A stretch of DNA of 64,000 nt, taken from Patescibacteria group bacterium. GTDB lineage: Bacteria > Patescibacteriota > Patescibacteriia > PEXW01. The first letter of the stretch is position 1. Each line of letters opens with the position of its first letter. The notes under the pieces were generated by a model. It saw only the letters and a program-made list of their open reading frames with translations. It had not been told where the DNA came from and ran no database searches. Location of the stretch: NCBI GenBank assembly GCA_038063455.1, contig JBBTVB010000002.1, positions 129,296 to 193,295 on the forward strand. Reading direction: 5' to 3'. Positions 52,831 through 61,754 of the stretch are shown here, piece after piece. Both the position numbers and the translations under genes were made by a program.

Positions 52831-52859
52831 AGTGTAGCAGAAAAAAGTGCCAATGTCAA
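52831..52859 (-). promoter_or_regulatory. Promoter of the 25-kb T4SS-like operon
   Basis: Minus strand reads TTGACA (52859-54), a 17-nt spacer, then TACACT (52836-31). Confidence 0.5.
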
Positions 52860-52920
52860 AACATATTCTTGGGCATACGTCAACCCTATACACAATTTAA
52901 AACTAAATTTGCTTTACTGA

Positions 52921-53007
52921 ACGTAGGGGCAGAGCTTGCTCTGCCCAGCCATCCACGGCGGCTTTGCCAAGACTCTCGTGGGTCGAGCAAGCTCGACCCC
53001 TACGTAG
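52921..53007. repeat. Compound inverted repeat: two hairpins enclosed by a 9-bp outer stem
   Basis: acgtagggg [gcagagc-ttgc... gggcagag/ctctgccc] ...32 nt... [gggtcgag-caag-ctcgaccc] cctacgt. The two 26-nt arms are reverse complements of each other, with compensatory internal changes. Confidence 0.6.
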
Positions 53008-53029
53008 GTACATCCGACGAAAAGTTAAC

Positions 53030-53881
53030 TTATAACCTCCCCACCAACCCCGCCCACTGCTCCAGGGTCAACTCTTGCGCGCGGACGGTCGGTTTGAGGC
53101 CAATTGGCGTAAGCTTTCCCAGAATCTCTGGCCGGGGCAAGCGCAAACCCGCGCTCAAGGCATTTGCAAGGGTCTTGCGCCGGTTAGCAAAGCCAATTTT
53201 TGCCAGCCGAAAGATTTGCTCACGCACGTGCGTACCAAAAAGTGGCGAGGTATGGCGTGCAATGTGCAAAATTGCCGATTCCACCTTCGGCGCTGGCCAA
53301 AAGGCATCGGCAGGCACAATGGCGCACACCTGCGGCGCACCAAAAAGCTGCACGCTCAGGGCGAGCAGGCTCAAATCCCCGGGTACCGCTGCCACGCGCT
53401 CGGCAACTTCGCGCTGCACCAACACGGTCAAGCTGGTTGGACCATCTTCGGTGTCGAGAAACCGTTGCAAAAAGTGCGACGTAAGGTGGTACGGTAAATT
53501 GGCCACCACTTTATAGGGCGAGGTGGGCGGCGTAAAAAGTGCGCGAAGTTCGGCCACAGACGTGCGCAGAATGTCGGCATGGACGATGCTAACATTTGCA
53601 AGCTGTTGGGTAACTTCGCGAAGCAATGGCAAAATACGATCATCCACTTCCACTGCAACCACCGTCCCCGCGTGGGTAGCCAACGTTTGCGTAAGCACGC
53701 CTGTGCCAGCACCGACTTCCAGCACATTGTCCGTCGGCTCTAACCCTGCAGCAGAAACCATTTCTTCCAATACGTCCGGCTCAAGTAAAAAATTTTGACT
53801 CAGCTTCTTGCTCGGATGCACCCCAAAACGCTGCAGCAAATTTTGTAACGTCCGAAAATCGGTCAGGTCGTAGGTTGTCAT
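53030..53881 (-). CDS. rsmA: 16S rRNA (adenine1518/1519-N6)-dimethyltransferase RsmA/KsgA
   Basis: 283 aa with SAM motif VLEVGAGTGVLT and a KsgA-like N-terminus LSQNFL. Confidence 0.9.
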   Translation of the reverse strand: MTTYDLTDFRTLQNLLQRFGVHPSKKLSQNFLLEPDVLEEMVSAAGLEPTDNVLEVGAGTGVLTQTLATHAGTVVAVEVDDRILPLLREVTQQLANVSIVHADILRTSVAELRALFTPPTSPYKVVANLPYHLTSHFLQRFLDTEDGPTSLTVLVQREVAERVAAVPGDLSLLALSVQLFGAPQVCAIVPADAFWPAPKVESAILHIARHTSPLFGTHVREQIFRLAKIGFANRRKTLANALSAGLRLPRPEILGKLTPIGLKPTVRAQELTLEQWAGLVGRL

Positions 53882-55074
53882 GCCGAATGCACTTGGCCCA
53901 ATGGCCCAGGGGGTTTAAGCAGTGCGTATAAGCCGCTTGCCACGGCCGCGGTGAGGAATGCGGCTACCCAAATGTCCATAAACGATGCCAGGACAATAAG
54001 AAGCAATGCCACCCCACACTTGCCAATAGCCAAGGCTTGCTCAAAGAACACGGCTATGGCCAGCGGGTCTTCTCGCACGCCGTGCTCGTAGGTCATGGCC
54101 ATAAGCGGTATAACGACCAGGTTTTTACTGGTGCGGCCAGCCGTGTCTAACCAAATAAAGCGTAAAGGCGTAAGCGTAAGTATCGCCCGCAGCACCCACA
54201 CGAATGCTGCGGCTAAGCTCCCAAACCGTAATATATTCAGCTTTGGTACATGGTCCGAAAGCTTCCCAATGCCGAGCACCACCACACTGGTGATCAATGT
54301 TGAAAGGGCAACGAGCAAACCGAGCTTGCTGTACTCTGAGACAACCAGGTAAATGAACACTGGCCACAGCACCAGGGCCACAAGCTCTTCAGCAAAACCG
54401 AGGTACGCAATTGCGCTGCGACGATGCGAGGGCTTCCATAACAGCTTCCAGTACGTTCGATACGAAAATGGTGCAGGGTCGTACACCTCTTTCAGCTGGA
54501 ACAGTGGAACCGTGGATGCTAAAAGCAAAATCGCCACAATGACAAACAGCGGGCCGAAACCAAAAAACTTCAACACCAAACCGCCAACAATAGGGCCAAT
54601 CGTGGTAACCGCCGCATTTACGGTAAGCATGCCCGATACTTCGGACCCTCGTTGTTCGCGTGCAGAAAACGTGGCGAAGTCAGCGTGGTATGCTGGCCAG
54701 TACAGCGACTTCTGGATGGCAAAAATAATTGGCGCTACAAAAATAAGCCAGGGGGCGTAGGGCAAGGCAAACAGCGCGAGGTAGTACGCAATGTATGCAA
54801 ACTGGCTATAGAGAATGGTGTGCTCAAAACCAAAATGTGCAGCTATGCGGCCACCGAAAGGAATGAGTACCGTGTATCCAAAATACACGGCCGCGTAGAA
54901 AAACAGTATTTCCGTAATGCTATAGCCCCGTGTAAACAAGTAGATGGGCTCAAACAGCGCAATCGCCGAGGTGGCAAAATCCTGCAGCCCGACAGACCAG
55001 TACAACTCTTTTAATTCTCGCGAAGGGTGCTTCGAAAAGTAGTGCGGCAGGTTTGCTCGAAAAGTATTAAACAT
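53878..55074 (-). CDS. MFS-type transporter
   Basis: 398 aa with about 12 TM segments. Overlaps rsmA by 4 nt. Confidence 0.7.
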   Translation of the reverse strand: MFNTFRANLPHYFSKHPSRELKELYWSVGLQDFATSAIALFEPIYLFTRGYSITEILFFYAAVYFGYTVLIPFGGRIAAHFGFEHTILYSQFAYIAYYLALFALPYAPWLIFVAPIIFAIQKSLYWPAYHADFATFSAREQRGSEVSGMLTVNAAVTTIGPIVGGLVLKFFGFGPLFVIVAILLLASTVPLFQLKEVYDPAPFSYRTYWKLLWKPSHRRSAIAYLGFAEELVALVLWPVFIYLVVSEYSKLGLLVALSTLITSVVVLGIGKLSDHVPKLNILRFGSLAAAFVWVLRAILTLTPLRFIWLDTAGRTSKNLVVIPLMAMTYEHGVREDPLAIAVFFEQALAIGKCGVALLLIVLASFMDIWVAAFLTAAVASGLYALLKPPGPLGQVHSA

Positions 55075-55730
55075 TAGCGTTTGGTCCGCAGGGCAGGCTT
55101 TGCAGTAGTGCGCTTGCCAAGCTGCACGCGCACGGCCCCTTGCCGCAAGACCACTGGTGGCCGAGCGACCAGATCAATAATTGTGGATGGTGGCTCTTCG
55201 GGAATATCCCCTGCATCGAGCACCATGTCGGGTTGCATGGGTTGTTGTGCAAAGTGACGCGCAACCTCTTGTCCCGAATAGAAAACCCCTGCTCCCGAAA
55301 GGTTGGCGCTGGTCGAGGTAATCGGCCGACCCAAACCGCGCACCAATGCTTGGGCAATTGGCTGGTCTGCTTGACGCACGCCTAAACCAGGCTTGCCCAA
55401 CAGCAGCGCGGGTGGCAACGTTTTTTTGTGCGGCAAAATAAAGGTTACCGCGCCTGGCCAGTAGGTTTTCATTAACGCATGGGCAACCGGATCAACTTCA
55501 ACCAACTGCTTGGCCATAAGCATGCCAGTGACGAGCACGGGCAAGGCCTTTTGCGCGCGTCGTTTTATAACAAAAAGTTTGCCAATGGCTTCTTCGTTGG
55601 TGGCATCCACCGCCAGGCCATATGCCGTATCGGTTGGGTATACCACCACGCCACCGGCCATAAGCACGGCCAGCGCTTGGTTAATAATCGCCGGGCTTGG
55701 CTTCTTGAGGTCAATGCTTAAGAGTTGCAT
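55074..55730 (-). CDS. tsaC: L-threonylcarbamoyladenylate synthase (TsaC/YrdC family)
   Basis: 218 aa with VVYPTDTAYGLAVDA, a KRR..K.LP motif and SANLSG. Confidence 0.88.
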   Translation of the reverse strand: MQLLSIDLKKPSPAIINQALAVLMAGGVVVYPTDTAYGLAVDATNEEAIGKLFVIKRRAQKALPVLVTGMLMAKQLVEVDPVAHALMKTYWPGAVTFILPHKKTLPPALLLGKPGLGVRQADQPIAQALVRGLGRPITSTSANLSGAGVFYSGQEVARHFAQQPMQPDMVLDAGDIPEEPPSTIIDLVARPPVVLRQGAVRVQLGKRTTAKPALRTKR

Positions 55731-55734
55731 GTGC

Positions 55735-56259
55735 TTATTTTTTTTCTAGATAGTGTTTTGCGGTATTCGTGCGCAGGTCCCAGTCGACAGGCTGGGTGTC
55801 GACACCGTATTTCTCGCGGATGGCCAGGTCGGTGGCCGCCACGGCATCCACCAAGGTAAGCTCGGCGCGCGCGGCAACTGCTTCCGCAATCGCTAACAAA
55901 ATATGATCGCGTCGTTCTGCAGAAGGGAAACCGGTTTGCAGGTTGACCCGCGCCAATAGCTGGATGAGCTCGAAGAGGGTGCCTTCCACATCGGTAGTCA
56001 CTGCTAGCGTGAGCGGGGCGGCAAAGCTCTCGCCATCCGCAATCATGTAGATAGGCAGCACGGCATGGTCTGCAGACCAGTCGAGGCCAGTTACCTGCGG
56101 GATCGCCTGCAGGATAGGCACAATTGCCTGGTCAAAAACCCGTTCAAATACCTCGCCACGAAAAACTAAATCTTGCCAGGCTTCTTTAAATGTACCCTGG
56201 CCGCGGTACAGCCGCTCGGCGTAATCGTGGTTGTAGATAATCTCCGCGCGAGGAATCAT
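55735..56259 (-). CDS. Hypothetical protein
   Basis: The ORF track extends to 56427 and would overlap the leuS 3' end. The ATG at 56259 (MIPRAEIIYNHDY...) is preferred. No family recognised. Confidence 0.5.
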   Translation of the reverse strand: MIPRAEIIYNHDYAERLYRGQGTFKEAWQDLVFRGEVFERVFDQAIVPILQAIPQVTGLDWSADHAVLPIYMIADGESFAAPLTLAVTTDVEGTLFELIQLLARVNLQTGFPSAERRDHILLAIAEAVAARAELTLVDAVAATDLAIREKYGVDTQPVDWDLRTNTAKHYLEKK

Positions 56260-56357
56260 GGAATAAATGTAGCATACGTCTAGGTTTAAGGAGCCCCAGC
56301 TACGCAAGATATATACACCCCCGCGTAGGCGGGAATCCCTATCCCCGCCGAAGCAAT

Positions 56358-59321
56358 CTACACCACAATACTCACCAATTTCCCCTTCACCACGATTACC
56401 TTCTTCGGGGCTTTGCCGTCTAACCACTTTTGAATTTTGTCCGAGGCGAGGGCTTTGGATTTAAGCGCTTCATCATCGGTATTCGCAACAACCGTGAACT
56501 TGTCACGGACTTTGCCGTTAATCTGCACAACCACCTCAACATTTTCCGCGATGACTTTTGCGGCATCAAAGGTTGGCCACTGCTGGCTGTGCACTTGGTC
56601 CGAATGTCCGAGCTGACCCCAAAGCTCTTGCGCAAGGTGCGGGGCAAAAGGCGAAAGTAGAATAATAAATTTTTCTGCCGCTTCTAAATCAATTGCTAAA
56701 CCGGTTTCACTAACCCGCTCCCATTCTTCGCTGCTATTCAGTTTTGGTCGCCAGTCTGGTTGGTTTTCTTCACCGTTAAAAAATTTCATGAATGAAGAAA
56801 TGCATGTGTTCAACTCAAACGCTTGGATACCATTTGTAATATCTTTAACCAACTTATGAATGGAGCGAGATTTTCCGTTAGCTAACGATAATTTCCCATT
56901 TTGATTTTCAGAAGAAATTTTCATGAATACTGCCCAGGCGCGATCTAAAAACCTTTTTACCCCCACAATGCCGCGCGTATTCCATGGCTTCGTATCGTTG
57001 AGCGGCCCCATGAACATCTCGAACATGCGTAGACTGTCCGCACCGTATTCGCGCACCACAAGGTCGGGGTTAACAACATTGCCGCGAGACTTGCTCATTT
57101 TCTGGCCATCCTCCGCCAGAATCAAACCTTGATTAATGAGTTTGGTAAATGGTTCATCGGGCAATGTGTTGGGCACGGACCCAATATCGCGCAGGAACTT
57201 GTAGATAAACCGCGCATAGAGAAGATGGAGCACAGCATGTTCCGCGCCGCCGATATAGGTGTCCACGGGCAACCAGACTTTGAGTTTTTCCGGGTCGGCT
57301 AGTTGCTTGCTGTTGTGCGGGTCGCAGTAGCGCAAAAAATACCAGTTGGATCCCGCCCACTGGGGCATAGTGTTCGTCTCTCTCTTAGCCGGGCCGCCGC
57401 ACTTAGGGCAGGTGGTATTGACCCACTCTTCTATGTTAGCCAACGGCGATTCACCCGTGCCAGTGGGTTCATACTTTTTCACGTCGGGCAACATAACTGG
57501 TAAGTCTTCTTCTGGTACGGCCACATTGCCATCTTTAGGGCAATGCACAATCGGAATTGGTTCGCCCCAGTAGCGCTGGCGGCTGAAGACCCAGTCGCGG
57601 AGTTTGTAGTTGACTGCTGACTTGCCTTTTCCTTGCTTTTGCAACCAAGCAACAATCTGCTTGCTGGCTTCGGCAGAATCTAACCAATCATACTGGCCGG
57701 AATTCGCCAATACACCCGCGGCCGTGTGGATGTAGTTAGGATTCTTGATAAAATTCAGGATAAATTCACCTTCAATAACCGAGAAAAAACCTGTGAGCTC
57801 GTCTTCGCGTTTCCACACAATGTCCATGAGCTTTTTATCCTCTTCGGTCCTTAGGTCTTGCTCTTCGTTTTCCAGTTCAAAGAAAAGGTAGTTGAATCTG
57901 CCCCAACGATTCACTTTTTTTACGCGATGATAGAACAGACTATGAATAGCAAATTCCGGATTCCGGACTAACCGTACATTTTTATAACCGGTTTCTTCAT
58001 GGATTTCTCGCAGTGCCGCTTGGACCATATCTTCGCCTTCCTCTAGTCCACCGGTAATCAAACCGTGCATATGCACTGGCTTCCATTCCACACACAGGTA
58101 CTTACCATCTTTGGGGTTCCGAATAATGGCGCAAATGACATTGCGTTTTACAAAATCTTGTCCCTCTTTCACCGCTGACTCACCGGAGGTAGCTACGAAC
58201 TTTGGTTCCACAACTCGGCGAACAGGCAACTCATACTTCTTCGCAAAGGCAAAATCCCGTTCATCATGCCCCGGCACAGCCATAATCGCCCCGGTGCCAT
58301 AGCCGCCCAGTACGTAATCTGCCACCCACACTGGAATTGCTTCGCCGTTCGCCGGGTTCATCGCCCGAATGCCGGTATCCACGCCGGTTTTTTCTTTGCT
58401 GTCGTTCTGGCGATCAATGTCTGAAGTCGCCAGCGCTTTCGCAACATAGTCCGTAACCTGTGACGAAGCTTTCCAACCTATAGAAAGCCAGCTCTTCGCC
58501 AGCTCTGGAGAAATAACCAAAAAAGTTGCACCGAAAATCGTATCGGGTCGGGTGGTGAACACTTGTACCGAATGTTTATCTTCATCTTGCCCGGTGATGC
58601 CGCGCAACGCAAAGGTAATATGCGCGCCTTCGCTTTTCCCAATCCAGTTCCGTTGCGACTGCTTGATGCTTTCGGGCCAGTCGAGCGTGTCCAGATCGTT
58701 GAGCAAGCGCTCGATGTATTTTGGATCGGTAATTTTTACCAACCACTGGCGGATATTTTTTTTCTCCACCGGTGTACCGCAACGCTCGCACTTGCCGCCG
58801 ACGACTTCTTCATTGGCCAAGCCGGTCTGGTCTTTGGGGCACCAATTTATGGGCGCCTCGGCTTCGTACGCCAAACCGTGTTCGAAGAGCTTGAGGAATA
58901 TCCACTGCGTCCACTTATAGTATTCCGGGTCCGTAGTATTCACCTCCCGCGACCAGTCGTAACTAAAGCCCAACGATTGGATTTGGCGCTTGAACGTGGC
59001 GATGTTGGTCTTGGTCGTTTCGCTTGGGTGCGTGCCGGTTTTGATGGCGTAATTCTCGGCGGGCAAGCCAAACGCATCCCAACCCATGGGGTGGAGCACG
59101 GTTTTGCCGGTCATGCGCAGGTAACGGCTAAAAATATCTGACGCAGTGTAGCCCTCTGGGTGGCCAACGTGCAAACCGTCGCCGGACGGGTACGGGAACA
59201 TGTCCAAGATGTAGGCTTTGGGCTTGGCAGATTGTTCCGAGGCCACAAAATCTTGCCCTGCGTACCAGATATCCTGCCACTTTTTTTCTACTGCTTGATG
59301 ATTGTAGCGTTCTTGCACCAT
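56358..59321 (-). CDS. leuS: Leucyl-tRNA synthetase carrying an inserted Nudix hydrolase domain
   Basis: 987 aa with HVGH and KMSKS motifs and CP1 editing motifs TTRPDT and GTGAIMAVPGHDERD. Residues about 385-532 (nt 57726-58169) form a Nudix fold with a perfect box GGLEEGEDMVQAALREIHEETGY. Confidence 0.93.
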   Translation of the reverse strand: MVQERYNHQAVEKKWQDIWYAGQDFVASEQSAKPKAYILDMFPYPSGDGLHVGHPEGYTASDIFSRYLRMTGKTVLHPMGWDAFGLPAENYAIKTGTHPSETTKTNIATFKRQIQSLGFSYDWSREVNTTDPEYYKWTQWIFLKLFEHGLAYEAEAPINWCPKDQTGLANEEVVGGKCERCGTPVEKKNIRQWLVKITDPKYIERLLNDLDTLDWPESIKQSQRNWIGKSEGAHITFALRGITGQDEDKHSVQVFTTRPDTIFGATFLVISPELAKSWLSIGWKASSQVTDYVAKALATSDIDRQNDSKEKTGVDTGIRAMNPANGEAIPVWVADYVLGGYGTGAIMAVPGHDERDFAFAKKYELPVRRVVEPKFVATSGESAVKEGQDFVKRNVICAIIRNPKDGKYLCVEWKPVHMHGLITGGLEEGEDMVQAALREIHEETGYKNVRLVRNPEFAIHSLFYHRVKKVNRWGRFNYLFFELENEEQDLRTEEDKKLMDIVWKREDELTGFFSVIEGEFILNFIKNPNYIHTAAGVLANSGQYDWLDSAEASKQIVAWLQKQGKGKSAVNYKLRDWVFSRQRYWGEPIPIVHCPKDGNVAVPEEDLPVMLPDVKKYEPTGTGESPLANIEEWVNTTCPKCGGPAKRETNTMPQWAGSNWYFLRYCDPHNSKQLADPEKLKVWLPVDTYIGGAEHAVLHLLYARFIYKFLRDIGSVPNTLPDEPFTKLINQGLILAEDGQKMSKSRGNVVNPDLVVREYGADSLRMFEMFMGPLNDTKPWNTRGIVGVKRFLDRAWAVFMKISSENQNGKLSLANGKSRSIHKLVKDITNGIQAFELNTCISSFMKFFNGEENQPDWRPKLNSSEEWERVSETGLAIDLEAAEKFIILLSPFAPHLAQELWGQLGHSDQVHSQQWPTFDAAKVIAENVEVVVQINGKVRDKFTVVANTDDEALKSKALASDKIQKWLDGKAPKKVIVVKGKLVSIVV

Positions 59322-59327
59322 GACCGC

Positions 59328-59356
59328 AGAATATCATGGTTTTAATGCAAGAGCAA
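59328..59356 (-). promoter_or_regulatory. Possible leuS promoter giving a leaderless mRNA
   Basis: Minus strand reads TTGCTC, 17 nt, TATTCT. Only 6 nt separate the -10 box from the A of the ATG. Confidence 0.35.
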
Positions 59357-59398
59357 ACTGTTTTTTGGCTAACCTTAGCCTAAAAAACTCGATAACCG

Positions 59399-59427
59399 TT
59401 GACAGGGAGTGGTTGGGATGCTACCTT
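59399..59427 (+). promoter_or_regulatory. Possible promoter of the LysM-M23 gene
   Basis: TTGACA (59399-404), 17 nt, TACCTT. Confidence 0.35.
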
Positions 59428-59642
59428 GAAGACTCGAAAAATCTCTTGGTACATGCCGGAGATTTTTTGCTATCCAGCCTCCTGACTGGTTGTGGCCTGG
59501 CTGACATGCCTGCGCTTGCCAACTACCGCCACGCGGAGGAACGAAAGTAACCCGTATTTCTACCCGTCTTACCCAACTCGCGATTCGCACCGCACTCACG
59601 ACGCTTCGTGGGTTTGCCAAGCTCTTCACGGCCCTGGGCCGG

Positions 59643-60872
59643 TTGGCCTGGTTCGTGCTCTTGCCTCTTCGCTGGGTGGTGCGCACCGCGCTCCCAGGTG
59701 TGGCCCGGCCGCTGTACCGCGTGTACCGGCTGACACGAAGCTCACTCAATCGTGTGCTGGCGCCAGCAAAAAATCGCTGGGCGTACTTCTTGCTGCACCG
59801 CAACACTATGACCGGCGTCATTGCCGTTATTGCCCTACTCATTGGTTTTAATAACGTGCAGGCCCGCGGCCAGCAGAGTGATACCATCGGCCAGCACAGT
59901 TTGTTCGCCAGCTTCTTCCCTACTGACCTTTCGGAAGATGTCGAAGTTGTGGAAGGTGCGGTTGCCCCGGCCAGCCACGAAGACAAATTGGCACTCACGC
60001 CCACCACGCAGCAAGCTCGGCCAAACACTGGGACGACCGTGGACCCAGGCAACGCTGAAGAACGCCAGCTGGCGCTCGGCATTGGCGGCGCGGGCGAAGA
60101 ACAAAACGAAGATGTCCGCTACTACATTGTAGAGGGCGGCGACACGTTGAGCACCATTGCCCAGCAATTTGGCATTTCCACAACCACTATTCAATGGGAA
60201 AATAATCTATCTGATACGGACTTTATTAAGCCCGGCCAAAAACTTACCATTCTGCCAGTGGATGGCGTCACCCACACGGTAAAGAAAGGCGACACGGTGG
60301 ATGCCATTGCGAAAAAATACAAAGCTGAGGGCGAAAAAATCCTGAGCTTCAACCGCCTGGCCAGCACCGAAGCACTCAACGAGGGTGAAGAGCTGATTGT
60401 ACCTGGCGGCGTTGTGGAGTCTGCTGCACCGCGCCAGCAGCCACAAAATCCCAGCTCGGCTTCCCGCCGCATTGCAATCTTTAACATTCCGCCCCCTGCT
60501 CGGAGCACCACGGGCAAGCGCCTGCAATGGCCAGCCCCCAGCCGCCGCGTCAACCAGTACTTCAGATTCCGCCATACCGGCATCGACATTGATGGCAATG
60601 TGGGCCAGCCAATTTACGCTGCCGATAGCGGCGTGGTAGAAAGCGTTACGTACGCGCGCTACGGCTATGGTTTCCACGTGGTTATTAACCACGGCGGGGG
60701 CCGAGAAACGCTCTACGCCCATGCCAGCCGCATCTTCGTGCGGCCGGGCCAGTCGGTGAAACGTGGCCAGAGCATTGCCGTAATCGGGCTCACCGGCCGC
60801 ACCACTGGCGCACACCTGCACTTCGAGGTCATCCAAAACGGCGCTAAGCGGAATCCGCTGAGCTACCTGTAA
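59643..60872 (+). CDS. LysM-domain M23 family peptidoglycan endopeptidase
   Basis: 409 aa (TTG start as in the ORF track; the true start is uncertain). One TM, two LysM repeats (YYIVEGGDTLSTIAQQFG and HTVKKGDTVDAIAKKY), and M23 motifs HTGIDI and HLHFEV. Confidence 0.88.
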   Translation: MAWFVLLPLRWVVRTALPGVARPLYRVYRLTRSSLNRVLAPAKNRWAYFLLHRNTMTGVIAVIALLIGFNNVQARGQQSDTIGQHSLFASFFPTDLSEDVEVVEGAVAPASHEDKLALTPTTQQARPNTGTTVDPGNAEERQLALGIGGAGEEQNEDVRYYIVEGGDTLSTIAQQFGISTTTIQWENNLSDTDFIKPGQKLTILPVDGVTHTVKKGDTVDAIAKKYKAEGEKILSFNRLASTEALNEGEELIVPGGVVESAAPRQQPQNPSSASRRIAIFNIPPPARSTTGKRLQWPAPSRRVNQYFRFRHTGIDIDGNVGQPIYAADSGVVESVTYARYGYGFHVVINHGGGRETLYAHASRIFVRPGQSVKRGQSIAVIGLTGRTTGAHLHFEVIQNGAKRNPLSYL

Positions 60873-60935
60873 AACCTAGCGCGGCCCGCCGTGGCCGTGA
60901 ATATACCCCGCGGGCACAGCCGTGTATGCTAATTA

Positions 60936-61754
60936 CTACTTACTTCCCTGCTCGGGCAAAAACTGTCGAATTTTTTTGATGATCTCGTCGATCGTCAGGT
61001 TGGACTTAATGAGGTAGTCGGTGGCACCCAGGGCTTTGCCTTTTTGCACGTCAGTATCTTGGCCCAAGTTCGAAAGCAGCACAATGGGCACGCGTGATAC
61101 TTTTTGGTCACCCGAGGCACGCACCTGTTGCAGCACGTTGAAGCCATCTAACCCGGGCAAGATGACATCGAGTAACACGATGTCCGGCCTCACGGTTTGA
61201 ATCATTTGTAAGCCTTCCCGCCCATCCATGGCCACGTGTACTTCAAACCCTTCCCGCTTGAGCTTGGTGGACATGAGCTCGCGCAAGAATTGCTCATCTT
61301 CCACCAGCAGAATGCTGATGCCATTTGCGTCGACCACTGGGGCATTTGCCGGTTTGGTCACTGGGGCAGGCGCGACTACGGCAGCTGGCAGTTGGAGCAA
61401 GGCGCGCACTTTGGCCACAACTTCTTCGGGCGTAATCTGCGCCTTCACAATGTAGTCACGTGCGCCCAGGCTAGCGGCCTTATCAACTTCTACACCCTGC
61501 CCAGAGTTGGAAATGATGATGATGGGCGGCATGGGTTTGGCTTCCGCTTGCAATGCTTGCAGCACGTCGTAACCGTTCAGAATGGGCATGACAATATCCA
61601 GCAAGACAATGTTGGGGTGCTTCTCACGGATGAGGGTGAGCCCGGCCGCCCCGTCGGCAGCGGCATGCACGGTAAAACCTTCGCTGGTAAACTTTTTTAC
61701 CAAGACTTCGCGCAGAACGTTTTCATCTTCGATAATTGCGATGCTAGATGGCAT
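60936..61754 (-). CDS. Dual-receiver response regulator (REC-REC, no output domain)
   Basis: 272 aa with two complete REC domains (IAIIEDE...LLDIVMP...DYIVK and ILLVEDE...LLDVILP...DYLIK) joined by a Pro/Ala linker. Confidence 0.88.
   Translation of the reverse strand: MPSSIAIIEDENVLREVLVKKFTSEGFTVHAAADGAAGLTLIREKHPNIVLLDIVMPILNGYDVLQALQAEAKPMPPIIIISNSGQGVEVDKAASLGARDYIVKAQITPEEVVAKVRALLQLPAAVVAPAPVTKPANAPVVDANGISILLVEDEQFLRELMSTKLKREGFEVHVAMDGREGLQMIQTVRPDIVLLDVILPGLDGFNVLQQVRASGDQKVSRVPIVLLSNLGQDTDVQKGKALGATDYLIKSNLTIDEIIKKIRQFLPEQGSK

Noticed and set aside
27281-52859. Interpretation of the T4SS-like cluster as a conjugative plasmid or ICE
   Set aside because: I see no relaxase, VirD4-like coupling ATPase, integrase, replication or partition genes, and no flanking direct repeats. 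The flanks are core genes (radA, rsmA). This cannot be excluded without the rest of the genome.
56260-56427. N-terminal extension of the 230-aa ORF overlapping the leuS 3' end. The same applies to extensions at 52770-52895, 33123-33191, 37497-37529, 28637-28675 and 63882-63938.
   Set aside because: The longest-ORF starts overlap upstream genes or contain promoter or terminator signals. Internal ATG/GTG starts give proper signal peptides or canonical N-termini.
59362-59388. ttttttggctaaccttagcctaaaaaa as a bidirectional terminator between leuS and the M23 gene
   Set aside because: The stem is only 6 bp, and it lies in a divergent promoter region where no transcript needs terminating.
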